64,000 nt of DNA from Octopus vulgaris (lineage: Eukaryota): contig OX597816.1 of assembly GCA_951406725.2 (NCBI GenBank), positions 71,424,001 to 71,488,000 of the forward strand, in the 5' to 3' direction. Shown piece after piece: positions 37,301 through 47,813 of the stretch. The number at the start of each line of letters is the position of its first letter. The stretch's first letter is position 1. A model generated the notes under the pieces. The model was not told the origin of the DNA and did not search any database. It saw only the letters and a program-made list of their open reading frames with translations. The position numbers and the translations under genes are program-made.

Positions 37301-39962
37301 CATATTTGTCAGTGAGAGGGGGACAGAGTGGGTGACTACAATCACCACAATGTGCTTGACCATCAATTAGATCCATCCCACTTGAAAATATATAGCTGCT
37401 CAACAAAATGCTAAGTCAATTAAGTTCGGATGCTGAATAGGTGCATGGAAGAATCACGGACAGGTTTGGCTGGTAGTGTTACTCTTTTACTTGTTTCGGT
37501 CACTTGACTGTGGCCATACTGGAGCACCACCTTTAGTCGAGCAAATCGACCCCAGGACTTATTCTTTGTAAGCCTAGTACTTATTCTGTCGGTCTCTCTT
37601 GCCGAACCGCTAAGTGACGGGGACTTAAACACACCAGCAGCAGCAGTTGTCAAGCAATGTTCGGGGAACAAACACAGATGCACAAACATATACACACACA
37701 CATACATATATATAAATAAATATATATACATATATACGATGGGCTTCTTTCAGTTTCCGTCTACCAAATCCACTCACAAGGCTTTGGTCAGCTCAAGGCT
37801 ATAGTAGAAGACACTTGCCCAAGGTGCCACGCAGTGGGATTGAACCTGGAACCATGTGGTTGGTAAGCAAACTACTTACCACACAGCCACTCCTACGCCT
37901 GTGTCTGAAGAGTTTATCCTAAACTAGCAATATTCCCATCTCGTAGAATTGTGACATCAAGAAGTCTGTAGGTCCATATGAAACTACATGGTTGAGCTCA
38001 ATCAGCTCCCTGGACAACCCTACCCCAGAGTCTGAGACCCCCTTCAGTCACGACACAGACCATAGGATTGCACCTAGAAAGTTACCCTCTGAGATACAAG
38101 TGCAGGCGAGGTTGTTTATGGAAGACCAACAGTCGCTCATACATACCAGCCTCTCCTTTCCATGCCACCGATGTTATCCTAGGGAAAGGCAAAGGGGCTG
38201 ATACTGCTTGGCACCAGTGACGTCGCAACTCATTTCTACAGCTGAGTGAACTGGAACAACGTGAAATAAAGTGTCTTGCTCAAGAACACAACACGCAGCC
38301 CGGTCCGGGATTCGAGCTCACAACCTCACGATCGTTAGCTTGACGCTCTAACCACTGAGCCATGTGCCTTTACCCCGGAGTATACCTGAGAATATGGGCC
38401 AGTCATTCCTGCCACTAACTCACTACATAATGTAAAAGAATGATGTTCTGCTAACAACATTACACAACTAAGAGAGGATTGAAAGTGCTTGTCGATATTG
38501 TAGATGCCAGACACTATATTTTGGTTTCTCCTTTGGTCAGGACTGCAGCTCTGATAAAGAGATAAATAAACATGCTCCATAACAGAATGATGTCTAACAT
38601 AAACACAATTAGTTTTAAGAACTGTCTCTTCGTTATATATCTTAATTGGTTTAATTTGGTTTAATTTGTAATTGTGATTTTATACGTTAGGTTTTTTTGT
38701 ATACTCTTTTACTTGTTTTAGTTATTTGACTGCAGTCATGCTGGAGAACCACTTTTAGTCAAGCAAATCAACCCCAGAGCTTATTCTTTGTAAGCCTAGT
38801 ACTTATTCTATCAGTCTCTTTTGTCGAACCGCTAAGTTATGGGGACGTAAACACACCAGCATTGGTTGTCAAGCGATGTTGGGACGACAAACACAGACAC
38901 ACAAACATATACACACACACATACATATGCATATATATACATTTACGATGGGCTTCTTCCAGTTGCTGTCTACCAAATCCACTCACAAGGCTTTGGTCGG
39001 CCCGAGGCTATAGTAGAAGACACTTGCCCAAGGTGCCATGCAGTGGGACTGAACCCAAGACCATGTGGCTGGTAAGCAATAGTCATAGGTCTTATTTTGT
39101 TTCTATATATTTGCTATAAAATCACAAATTATTGTGACTTGTTACTAAGGGACATGATTGTAGCCCCCAAATATACTTAACTAAAACATTTATTTATGCT
39201 AAGAAAGCATTTTGTGCTATGGTTCAAATATCATCTCAATGATAATAACACATTACAGGAAGACAGAATGGACTAAGCAGAACTGGAGGAGACACATGGA
39301 ATGGAGATTTGCTGGAGAGGTCACAGGAGGTGTGATGAAAGATTTCAGATAGAGTACAGTTAATTGGCAAAAAATATGACCCTTCCCAAATATAACAACC
39401 TCTGTTTTAACAAATGATTTTACATCAGGAATTTTTCAAAATGAATACATAAAAAAATAAATGTTCCTTCTTGAGCCATGCCAGGCTCATAAGGGCTGGT
39501 TTCCCCATTTCAGTGGTATAAAAATTCCCCACCTGGGTGGGACGCCAGTCCGTCGCATGATTACTCATTTTTGCCAGCTGAGTGGACTGGAGCAACGTGA
39601 AATGAAATGTTTTGCTCAAGAACACAACACATCGCCCAGTCCAGGAATCGAAACCACAACCTTACGATCATGAGTTCAACACCTTAACCACTAAGCCATG
39701 CGCCTCCACAAAAAAATGAATGCATAAATGTAAATAACAATTATTTCTAATTTAAGCACACGGCCAACATTTTTAGGGCAATCGATTCAATGATCTCAGT
39801 ACTTGGTTGGTATTTTATTCTATCAACTTTGAAAGGATGAAAAGCAAAGCTGATCTCAGTGGAATTTGAACTTTGAACATAAAAATGCTAGAAGAAATGG
39901 AGCACAGCATTTTGACTGACATACTAATATAATTCTGCCAGTTCACCACTGAACAATAACAA

Positions 39963-40000
<38 letters not shown>

Positions 40001-41392
40001 CCGTTTTTTTATTTTTGGTTTGTTTTAAGGTACAAAGCCAGAAATTTGTGGGGAAGAGCTAGTTGCTATCATCAACCCCAATATTTGACGGGTAATTTAT
40101 TGACATAAAAATGAAGGCAAAGTTGATCTCAAGAGGATCTAAACTGCAAGGCATTTTGTCTGATACTTTAAAAATTCTACCAATCTACTGCCATAATGGT
40201 TTCAAAATTTGGCACAAGGCCAGTAGTTCCAGGGGAAGGGGTAACTTGATTACATTGTCTCCAGTGCTCAACTGGTACTTTTTTTTTTATTTTATTGACC
40301 CCAAAAGGATGAAAGGTAAAGTGACCTCAGTAGAATTTGAACTCAGAACACAAGGTCAGACGAAATGCCACTAAGCATTTTGCCTGGCATGTTAATGATT
40401 CTGCCAGCTTGCCACCATAATCTACTGCAATAATAACAATAAATTTTATCATTTGTACAAGGACAGAAAGACAGAGATTGAACTTCCAAGGTGAACTTTT
40501 CCACTCTTCCTTACATCTTACTGAAGCCCTTCCCTATAGAGCAAAGGCCATCAATGACTTTTCTCTATTGTCCTTAGCTCTTGGCTATAAGGCCTTCCTC
40601 TCCAAGGTATTGTTGGTTTTGAACAGTTGTCAATGCTTCTGTAAGTTTGCTTTTTTTTTTTTCTAGGTAGAGGTGTTGGCCCTAATGCAAACCCATTTTT
40701 ACTTCTGGGAAGAGGTGGTCCATATTAACCTGGCCTTTATTCTTTGATCTGTCCAGCAAGGGAGACCCTATGAGGAGCTTGTACTCCACTAGCATAGATC
40801 CCAGGGTCTTTGAAACATACAAAGCACCACACTGTAATAAGGACTGGACCCTGAAGTGGGCCACACCTCACAGAGTTGATAAGATCAGAACTGTTCAAAA
40901 TAGGTCAGAATCTCATTCTATTGTTCTGTTATTTGTAAATTCCCACCCACCGAAATATGTGTGGCTTTGTGGCTGAGTTACAAATCATTATGTTCAACAG
41001 TTCTCTGTAACTTCATAAAGCATAACGATATGGTTAAGAAGCTCGCTTTGAAACCATTCGATTTCAAGTTCAGTCCCACCGCACGTACCTGGGGCAAGTA
41101 TCTTCTACTATTCAATCAATGCCTTGTGAGTGAATTTGATAAATGGAAACTATGTAAAGCCTGTCATGTGTACACACACACACACACACGCACACACACA
41201 TATACACATGCACACATATACACACCCTTCTTGAAAAACCATTCTTGGTTTGTTTACATTCTTGTAATTTATCTATTTGGTGAAAGAAACTGTCAGAACA
41301 AGCATCAGACTTAAAGATTAAGTACTGGGGTCAATTTCTTTGACTAAACCCTTCAAGTGGTGCTCCAGCATGGTTGCAGTCCAATGAGTGGA

Positions 41393-41427
<35 letters not shown>

Positions 41428-41975
41428 ATGGGCTTCTTCCAGTTGCTGTCTACCAAATCCACTCACAAGGCTTTGGTTGGCCCGAAGCTATAGTAGACGA
41501 CACTTGCCCAAGGTGCCACGCAGTGGGACTGAACCCAGAACCATGTGGTTGGTAAGCAAGCTACTTAACACACAACCACTCCTACACTTATATAGTGAGA
41601 ATTTACAAAAAATAAAAGACAAAGACAGGTGTGTAATCAACAACAGGTGTATTAGTTTAATGCTCGGGAAGTGAGAAAGTCTTTTATGTTTTGAGCCTAC
41701 GCTCTTCATATATATATACATACACACAGACATATATACGAGTATGCAGTGAACGAGAAGGAATGAGGTACTCACCTGAGAAAGTAAGCTAAGGTAGCAA
41801 TTATCCCCAATATAATCAGCTCAAGCACAAAAGTGATGACAATGAGAACATTTGGTCGAGATTTCCTTGAAGAATCTGATCCGAGATCAGAATCATTGTC
41901 TCCTCTTCCACTTTCCTCCATGTCTTTGGACAACTGGCTGTTGCTGCTCTGTGAGAGTAGTTTGGGGTAGGGCAT
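8320..41975 (-). CDS. PLPPR: Phospholipid phosphatase-related (PLPPR/PRG-like, PAP2 superfamily) gene; five coding exons in window, 3' end beyond left edge
   Basis: Spliced exons give 241 aa without stops: MPYPK...[45 protein letters not shown]...CVPPFV/ILISEIG...[42 protein letters not shown]...[24 protein letters not shown]1-TM4, FxCxD loop, RRxxRFxG, C1 KxxxxxxRP and a C2-like SFPS. Exon lengths 200+160+118+187+58 = 723 nt, phases 2,0,1,2,0. Confidence 0.9.
8607..8975. repeat. Diverged ~52-bp minisatellite
   Basis: gaatgg-type anchors at 8607, 8660, 8711, 8764, 8815, 8868, 8919, 8968. Confidence 0.75.
9175..9553. mobile_element. Fold-back non-autonomous element with a hammerhead motif in each arm, 12-bp TSD
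   Basis: Inverted arms about 9205-9370 and 9395-9553 around (AAT)n; TSD aattcatggtta at 9163-9174 and 9554-9565; motifs at 9264-9307 (-) and 9457-9500 (+). Confidence 0.75.
9716..10095 (+). mobile_element. SINE family B variant with CpG-rich tail
   Basis: tRNA-like head ggcacaatggaccaatggttaggg...ggtttcgattccc; same head and body at 33236(+), 44228(+), 47812(+), 28860-29070(-), 6300-6500(-) but with different 3' tails. Confidence 0.8.
10152..10338 (-). CDS. PLPPR: PLPPR-like coding exon 4 (TM3, C1 motif, extracellular loop 2)
   Basis: Acceptor ctctctccattag|GC, donor CG|gtaagt; 187 nt; [20 protein letters not shown] is the PAP2 C1 motif; N-glycosylation sequons NRS and NQS. Confidence 0.93.
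10475..10546 (+). tRNA. tRNA-Asp(GTC), probably a pseudogene
   Basis: 72 nt TCCTTGGTAGTATAGTGGTAAGTATTCCCACCTGTCACACAGGAGACCGGGGTTCAATTCCCCGCCAGGGAG; acceptor, D and T arms pair, A/B boxes present, TTTT at 10549-10552; anticodon stem CCCAC/ACAGG has three mismatches. Confidence 0.85.
10553..10957 (+). mobile_element. SINE family A (tRNA-like head, internal TA/TG microsatellite, AAAAGAGT tail), full length
   Basis: Head ggagtggctgtgtggtaag...gggttcattccc; body ccttgggcaagtgtcttctactatagcc. More than 20 copies or fragments in the window. Confidence 0.85.
11236..11720 (-). mobile_element. Retroposon family C, about 5 modules
   Basis: Starts catcatcatcgtttaacgtc; other minus copies at 283-500, 6981-7490, 16455-17015, 44758-44990, 57977-58345, 58700-59160, 63243-63490. 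Confidence 0.8.
14355..14925. repeat. GA-rich low-complexity tract (similar tracts at 18500-18900 and 21720-22170)
   Basis: Purine-only runs with (GA)n. Confidence 0.9.
14934..15051 (-). CDS. PLPPR: PLPPR-like coding exon 3 (end of TM2, intracellular loop)
   Basis: Acceptor tattttcag|ATA, donor G|gtaagc; 118 nt; [11 protein letters not shown]...[10 protein letters not shown] resembles the PLPPR RRxxRFxG segment. Confidence 0.9.
17350..17591. repeat. Long inverted repeat (~107-bp arms, 28-nt spacer)
   Basis: 17350-17456 is the reverse complement of 17485-17591 with scattered mismatches; bounded by (TA)n. Confidence 0.85.
20045..20780 (-). pseudogene. Degraded CR1/Jockey-like LINE ORF2 C-terminal relic, split by later insertions
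   Basis: Minus-strand fragments SSELAGIVP and [17 protein letters not shown] resemble the SFFPRTxxLWNxLPxxVF LINE C-terminus. Confidence 0.45.
20117..20264. mobile_element. Internally deleted copy of the 9175-9553 fold-back element
   Basis: Same start (cagttcYatatt) and end (aatgtaaataatgt); decayed TSD ataacggtcggta / ataatggttggtg. Confidence 0.7.
21122..21352 (+). mobile_element. SINE family D with 16-bp TSD
   Basis: ggcgagctggcagaa...gagttcaaattc (B box)...ggtcgactttgcctttcatcctttcggggtcg; TSD tatatttcatcactca at 21106-21121 and 21353-21368. Confidence 0.85.
23110..23600. repeat. (ACT/ACC/AAC)n compound microsatellite with internal duplication
   Basis: Trinucleotide runs; accactgcctacgacaactact...catcaccatccc occurs twice. 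Confidence 0.9.
24724..25495. repeat. ~100-bp diverged inverted repeats enclosing a CpG-rich core
   Basis: 24724-24823 versus 25391-25495; shared aacttgtcaagacaaaatc and ggataat.ctttatta. Confidence 0.75.
25498..26532 (-). mobile_element. Two family A SINEs (25498-25850 and 26128-26532)
   Basis: Reverse complements align to 10553-10957. Confidence 0.85.
26650..27200 (+). mobile_element. Repeat family E with (AAT)n tail (SINE or LINE 3' end)
   Basis: Homologous to 15162-15595 (+) and 60855-61038 (-). Confidence 0.7.
27944..28525. mobile_element. piggyBac-like TTAA MITE, copy 3, opposite orientation, interrupted by a SINE
   Basis: 27944-28107 is the reverse complement of the 33640 element; SINE at 28108-28502; ends ggtaaaaagg-ttaa. 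Confidence 0.7.
28108..28502 (-). mobile_element. SINE family A nested in a TTAA MITE
   Basis: Reverse complement aligns to 10553-10957. Confidence 0.85.
29169..29383 (-). mobile_element. Mariner-derived MITE
   Basis: TIRs tgaagggtgcttaaaagttcctggcttt / tgcggggtgctgaaaagttcctggcttt, TA flanks; internal minus-strand [22 protein letters not shown] resembles a mariner transposase C-terminus. Confidence 0.8.
30718..31200 (-). mobile_element. SINE family A with an internal ~22-bp minisatellite (cacaaaggctcacatacaca, about 6 copies, 30930-31075)
   Basis: Alignment to the family plus visible tandem units in place of the CA tract. Confidence 0.75.
31373..31532 (-). CDS. PLPPR: PLPPR-like coding exon 2 (extracellular loop 1 and start of TM2)
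   Basis: Acceptor ttttgtag|A, donor GTG|gtaagt; 160 nt; [20 protein letters not shown] matches the PAP2 FPxxxxxFxCxD pattern. Not in the ORF track in this frame. Confidence 0.88.
33640..33861. mobile_element. piggyBac-like TTAA MITE, copy 1
   Basis: TTAA-CCCTTTTGTTACCA...TGGTATCAAAAGGG-TTAA. Confidence 0.75.
33893..34114. mobile_element. piggyBac-like TTAA MITE, copy 2 (tandem)
   Basis: TTAA-CCCTTTCATTACCA...TGGTAATGAAAAGG-TTAA; direct repeat of 33640-33861. Confidence 0.75.
34601..34952 (+). mobile_element. Helentron/DINE-like non-autonomous rolling-circle element, 5' truncated
   Basis: (GTTT)-type microsatellite near the 5' end; 3' end gccttggcagaggt followed by hairpin gtgctc-tct-gagtgc, the usual architecture of this class. 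Confidence 0.6.
36235..36445. repeat. Old dispersed repeat family F
   Basis: gttgtttagccccaggtcagccctgat...gatttggctgctatttctagc; diverged copies near 12000-12330, 29780-30040, 35370-35600 (opposite), 54445-54630, 55500-55640. Confidence 0.55.
37480..37900 (-). mobile_element. SINE family A, full length
   Basis: Reverse complement aligns to 10553-10957. Confidence 0.85.
38035..38370 (-). mobile_element. SINE family B variant
   Basis: tRNA-like head at 38300-38370; same tail at 5995-6190 and 56187-56522. Confidence 0.75.
38700..39080 (-). mobile_element. SINE family A
   Basis: Reverse complement aligns to 10553-10957. Confidence 0.85.
41776..41975 (-). CDS. PLPPR: PLPPR-like first coding exon (N-terminal tail and TM1); exon starts at 41987 with 12 nt of 5'UTR
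   Basis: Acceptor tgttttatttcag| before 41987, ATG at 41975, donor AG|gtgagt at 41775; hydrophobic stretch [23 protein letters not shown]. Confidence 0.85.
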
Positions 41976-42089
41976 CTTATTTTACAGCTGAAATAAAACA
42001 GAAACAGAGATATTGAGATATAGAGGAAGAGAGGGCACTCAAGTGCTTGTTTAATGTTTAAGACAGAACATCTGAAAGATGCTTAAATA

Positions 42090-42290
42090 TATATATAGGG
42101 AGAGTTTACGAAAAAAACAAAAGATGAAGACAGGTGGTGTACAAAAGAAACAGATGTATAAGTATAATGCTCAGAAATAGAAAAAGTCTTTTACATTTCG
42201 AGCCTATGCTCCTCTACAGAAAGGGACACAGAAAAAACAAGGAGAGAAACAAGGAGAGAAAAAAATGTGTGTAGTGGCTAACGATCTATA
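42090..42290 (-). mobile_element. Second copy of the same Penelope-like fragment (motif 42188-42223)
   Basis: Reverse complement aligns along its length with 4064-4247; motif CTTT-CTGTAGA-G-GAGC ATAG GCTC-GAAA-TGTA-AAAG. Confidence 0.6.
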
Positions 42291-43231
42291 AAAAAAAAAA
42301 TTGCAGCATGGAAGGTGTTTATGAACCATTTAATAAACACACAAAAACTGTTAGATTCACTTCTACATTTAAATTTAATTTGCCAAAATATTTTCCTCAC
42401 TTTGAGACTGCGACCTGTTCACTGACAAAATTCCGTGCTGTTTCTTAAATGGCTTATAAACACCTTCCATGCTGCAATTGCTTCCGTTCCAGCACACGAT
42501 CTCAGATCAGGTCACTTGCTATGCAAGTACATCTCCATAATATATATATATATATATATACATAATTGATGCCATGGAATGAAACATTGGGAATCAGAGA
42601 ATAAAAGAAGCCATCATCATCAACAAGACCAAGTCACATATTAACAACAAAACCAGGAGGCACACAACCAATTGGCTATTATAGCAATGCTATTCCCAGC
42701 AATTATACACACACACACACAACAGAACAGAAAATTTAGCTCAACACCAAGTTTATGAAAATTTCCTGAAGATCTCTTAACCCTGCAAAATAAAAGTATA
42801 AACCATTGACTTGTACTAATAACTTGCATTGTTTAGCTTATCAAAAAACAAAGAAACAAAAAAAGGTATTTTATTTATAAGTAAGGTAATATATTTCCTC
42901 CATGGATGGATGTTTTTACAATTGATTGATAAGAATGAAACTTAACTTGTTTGACAGCAGCATTCATCTGCAACTATTGTACAATGTTAAACCATGGAAA
43001 TACTAACACACATGGCCACAGTTCAATGATCTAACAAGTAAAGAAGTAAAACTGAAGAATAAAGGAATATTCTCATTAAGAAGAGAGCACAAACTGGATA
43101 TAAACCTTAACAGTATCTTCACTAAACTATTGTATTTGATGGCCTAAAAGACACAAACTAGATGCATCCCAGTTTCAGAAGTGCATTTACAGGACAAAAT
43201 GCTTTTAGTGAGCAGAAACTTGCAACAGGGG

Positions 43232-43458
43232 TGAGCTGGCAGAAACGTTAGCACACCGGGCAAAATGCTTAGCAGTATTTTGTCTGCCGTTACATTCTGA
43301 GTTCAAATTCCTGCCAAGGTCGACTTTACCTTTCATCTTTTCAGGGTCAATAAATTAAGTACCAGTTACACACTGGGGTCGATGTAATCGACTTAATCCC
43401 TTCGTCTGAACTTGTTTGTCCCCTCTATGTTTAGCCCCCTGTGGGCAATAAAGAAATA
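43232..43458 (+). mobile_element. SINE family D with ~18-bp TSD
   Basis: TSD agaaacttgcaacagggg at 43214-43231 and 43459-43476. Many older copies, e.g. 19005-19220(-), 20430-20650(+), 32135-32350(+), 40196-40420(-), 60420-60825(-). Confidence 0.85.
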
Positions 43459-45259
43459 AGAAACTTGCAACAGGGGGAGCTAACAGTGGGAAAAATCTTC
43501 AGAGGAAGAACTCCCATCAAAGTGTTTCAGCTTGTTAGTTCTGGACACTCTAAATGAGCTGGGCTCACATAGATAGTGACGCCTAGATGTTTTCTTCTTG
43601 TCATTTGAATACCACCTTCACTGGGGATTGCGGTCCGAACCTTTGGGTGAATTTATTGCTTGGCTACACAGGGTACCACACGGGGTAACTCTGTTCTCTA
43701 TACAGTGCTTGGCATATTGCACCATCAGTTTACTCCAGGCTCTTAAATTGCCCACTGGAGGAAACTTGACTCTGGGACATATGGTTTGCATCTCATCAGA
43801 GGCATCATTTGCTTGGATCTCCATGGCACTGTGAATTTTGACCAGGCTCTGCTATTCCAATGTCTTAAAGCATATAATATGTAAAACAGAGAAAAGGTTA
43901 TGAGCTGGTAGCATTGTTAGTATGCTAGGCAAAATGCTTAGCAGCATTTCATCCATCTTTACATTCTGGGTTCAAATTCCGTCGAGGTCAATTTTGCTTT
44001 TCATTCTTTCAAGGCCGATAAAATAAGTATCAGTTGAACACTGGGGTTGATGTAAGGGACTAGCCCCTTTCCCAAAATTTCAGGCCGATTACAGGTAAAT
44101 TCACCACCATTGATTCACTGCAGAGAAAGTTCACTGCCATCAATTTACCATAAAGAAAGTTCACCATGAGGAAAGTTCATCGAGAAAATATATTCACAAT
44201 TAATAGTTAAAAACTATTTTATTGGAGTGGAGGCACATGGCCTAGTGGTTAGAGCAGCTGACTCGCAGTCGAGGGATCACGGGTTCGAATCTCAGACTGG
44301 ATGATGTGTGTGTTTATGAGCGAAATACCTATGCTCCATGCGGCTCTGGCAGAAGGTAATGGCAAATTTCAGCTGACTCTTTCGCCACAACTTTCTCTCA
44401 CTCTTTCCTCCTGCATCTTGCAGCTCACCTGTGACGGACCAGCGTCCCATCCAGGTGGGGAACCTATAAGCCAAGCAAACTGGGAAACCGGTCCTTATGA
44501 GTCAGGCGTGGCTCAAGAAGGAACAAACAACTGTTCCTCCTAAAGGGATGAAACAACAACATTTTATTGGGGCAAAAAAAAAAATGGTGAATTGAGGCAG
44601 TGAACTTTCCCTGCAGTGAATTGATGATGGTGGACTTAATGGACATATTTCAGACTTTGTGCCAAAATTTGAAACCAATATGCAAGCAGAGAAGTCCAAG
44701 TTTGCATTTAGAAACTAGAGTGACTTTTTCTAAGACACCTTTTGGAACAAAAAGTATGTCATCATCATCATCATCATCGTTTAACGTCCGCTTTTCATGC
44801 TTGCATGGGTTGGACGATTTTGACTGTGGGCTGGCGAACTAGATGGCTGCACCAGGCTCCAGTCTTGATTTGGCAGAGTTTCTACAGCTGGATGCCCTTC
44901 CTAACGCCAACCCCTCCGAGAATGTAGTGGGTGCTTTTTACGTGCCACCGGCACGGGGGCCAGTCGGGCGGTACTGGCAATGACCTCAAACACAGAGCAT
45001 CTCAAAATAAATACAATAACGAAAGGATTAATATGTATCATTTTCATTGTGTCATCAAATACAGTAATCTGTTTCTTAATTGTGCTTTAACTTTTTCTGT
45101 TACTTTCATAACCAGTTCCATCAATTTGATGTCTCTGTTATGGTATCTAACTAGTGCAAAGTCTGCCCTTAGAGCAATTACTAACGATACAACTACACCA
45201 GTCAATGGGTTTTACGACACCTCCTTGCACTATATGACTAACGATGTGAGGAGTGTATA

Positions 45260-45350
45260 ACTTACTTCAATATTTTCAGCATCTCAATGAACATCTCCCA
45301 TGGACCAGCTGCATTGCCTGCCTTTATATTCTTAATTGCACTTTCAAAAT
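45260..45350 (-). pseudogene. RTE-clade LINE reverse-transcriptase fragment
   Basis: ESAIKNIKAGNAAGPWEMFIEMLK resembles the AIxxxKxGKAxGPxxIxxEMLK motif preceding the RT domain. Confidence 0.5.
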
Positions 45351-45552
45351 GTACAGCTGTCAACTTCAATAGCTCATCTCTCTCTCTCCCTCTCGGGTCT
45401 ACTTACAACAGAGAGACTGTCTCTCTATCTCTCTGCATTCATCTCATTCACCAATCTCCCAGTATGTTATATAATGCTATACTATAATACAACAAAAGTG
45501 ACTATAATGATATATGTGTGTTTTAAGTGGCCTTCATAACTTTGCCAGGATG

Positions 45553-45604
<52 letters not shown>

Positions 45605-45802
45605 ATCATCATCATCGTTTAACGTCTGTTTTCCGTGCTAGCACGGGTTTGACATATATATATATATATTTATAATTATGCCTGCATGGAAAACAGCTGT
45701 TAAATAATGATAATATATGTGTGTGTGTTTGTATATATATAAATATGTATTTTTGTTGTATTTTTATATATCCTTGTGTATGAGTGTGTGTGTGTGTGTG
45801 TA

Positions 45803-45849
<47 letters not shown>

Positions 45850-45874
45850 CTGTGTGTGTATGCGTAGATATATC

Positions 45875-45921
<47 letters not shown>

Positions 45922-46625
45922 TTTTATAGATATGCACATGCATATATATGTATGTATATGTTTAAATATATGTGTGTGTTTTTATATATTTATATGTGTG
46001 TGTATGTGTATACACACACACATATATGTATGTATGTACATATTTATGTTTATATATCTATGTATATCTGTATGCATGTATGTACATATATATATATATA
46101 TAGCAACAGAGTACTAGTAACCGGCTTGTAGATATACAATGAAACACTTTGATAGTCAATAATATATAATGGCGTTAGAAATTAAAACAAAAGTGAGCAT
46201 AAACTATATATACAAGTATATGTGTGTTAAATACCAATCATGGTTCTACAACGATATATTTATAACTTTGAAATAAAGACAGCAAACTGTTTGTTTTTCA
46301 TTCTCAAAGCAAACCTAATCTAGTTTCAGAAACTATAATCTTTAAATGGCATGTATAACATTTAAATAGTGGTAGATCGGAGACAGAGATTAAGGCACAG
46401 AGAGAGAGCTGTTGAGAGAGAGAGATAGAAAGAGTGGGGAGGGGAAATGGAGGGAAAGATGGATGGAGGTAGATAGATGGAGAGATAAAGAAGGAGAGAA
46501 AGAGAGAAGGAGCCATGAGAGCATTGGAATACAAAGATGAAGAGATAAGGTTAGAAGGAAAAATTAAGATAGAAAGATGGAAAGATAAAGGATAGAGATT
46601 TGAAAGAATGATTGGGAAAGCGACA

Positions 46626-46676
<51 letters not shown>

Positions 46677-46760
46677 TAGATAAATAGATAGATGATAGAG
46701 GGAGGGAGCAAAACAGGTTGATGATGTAAATTTATTTGGACACTGCAGAATACCCACACA

Positions 46761-46805
<45 letters not shown>

Positions 46806-46815
46806 AGATATATAT

Positions 46816-46853
46816 GTAATTGGGTGACAAAAACTGAAAAAAGCCTTTCATAT

Positions 46854-46901
<48 letters not shown>

Positions 46902-46936
46902 ATTGGGTGACAAAAACTGAAAAAAGCCTTTCATAT

Positions 46937-46974
<38 letters not shown>

Positions 46975-47009
46975 ATTGGGTGACAAAAACTGAAAAAAGC
47001 CTTTCATAT

Positions 47010-47013
<4 letters not shown>
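46816..47013. repeat. Three identical 42-bp units separated by (TA)n
   Basis: gtaattgggtgacaaaaactgaaaaaagcctttcatatattc at 46816, 46899 and 46972. Confidence 0.9.
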
Positions 47014-47041
<28 letters not shown>

Positions 47042-47045
<4 letters not shown>

Positions 47046-47718
47046 GTCATCCCATAAATAATGCGGATTTTTTATACTTCTTTTATTTTTCAAAATTAAG
47101 AAAAGCTTAGTTATTTTTAAATCTAAAATAGACTCTCCTTCATTTTCTACAATGCTCTTCCATCTATCTTATAGATTTACAAGGCTCCTCTTCCAAAATT
47201 CACCTGTCCATGACGAAAGGCCAGGCATTATCCTGATGGAAGAATACCTTTTGTCTTGGTGACACACAGGTGTCAATGAATGGTTAAATGACCAAATCCA
47301 AGCTTCTCTGCTAGTTCCTCAACCGTTATGATGGGATTTTGTTCCACCAAGGTTTGTAGGACATCCATGTCAAGCTCTACACATATTCCAGGATGAGGTT
47401 TTTCTTCCAGGGTGTAGTTTCCGGCTCAGAATTTCTGGACCCACTGTTGACACTGGTTTATGCTTATTGTCCACCCTCCATATACTGCATTAATATTCCT
47501 TGCACATTTTGTTGTGTTGTTGCCATTATTGAATATGCTCTTTTGTCACTTCCATTATAGCTTTGACAAAAAAACTTAAAATTGAACTGCATTCTTCCAA
47601 ACATGCACTAAGAATTACTACCTGCTTTTATAGCAAGTTGATGCAGGTAGTTCATCTTGTCCTCCTCTGACTTAGTTCATAAAATTGGAAAAAACCACAT
47701 TATTTATAGCATGACCCA

Positions 47719-47719
<1 letters not shown>
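47042..47719 (-). mobile_element. Internally deleted mariner transposon with both TIRs, inserted in (TA)n
   Basis: About 30-bp TIRs ttgggtcatcccataaataatgcgg / ctgggtcatgctataaataatgtgg with TA flanks. Minus-strand transposase relics: MEVTKEHI..ARNINAVYG..QQWVQKF*AGNYTLEE..ITVEELAEKLG (HTH), VFFHQDNA, and DRWKSIVENEG; stops and deletions. Confidence 0.9.

Positions 47720-47813
<94 letters not shown>

Noticed and set aside
43598-43834. Overlapping ORFs in moderately GC-rich unique sequence
   Set aside because: No recognisable motif or splice phase linking them to the gene; may be an old transposon relic.
46816-47013. Identical direct repeats with spacers as a CRISPR array
   Set aside because: Spacers are pure (TA)n.
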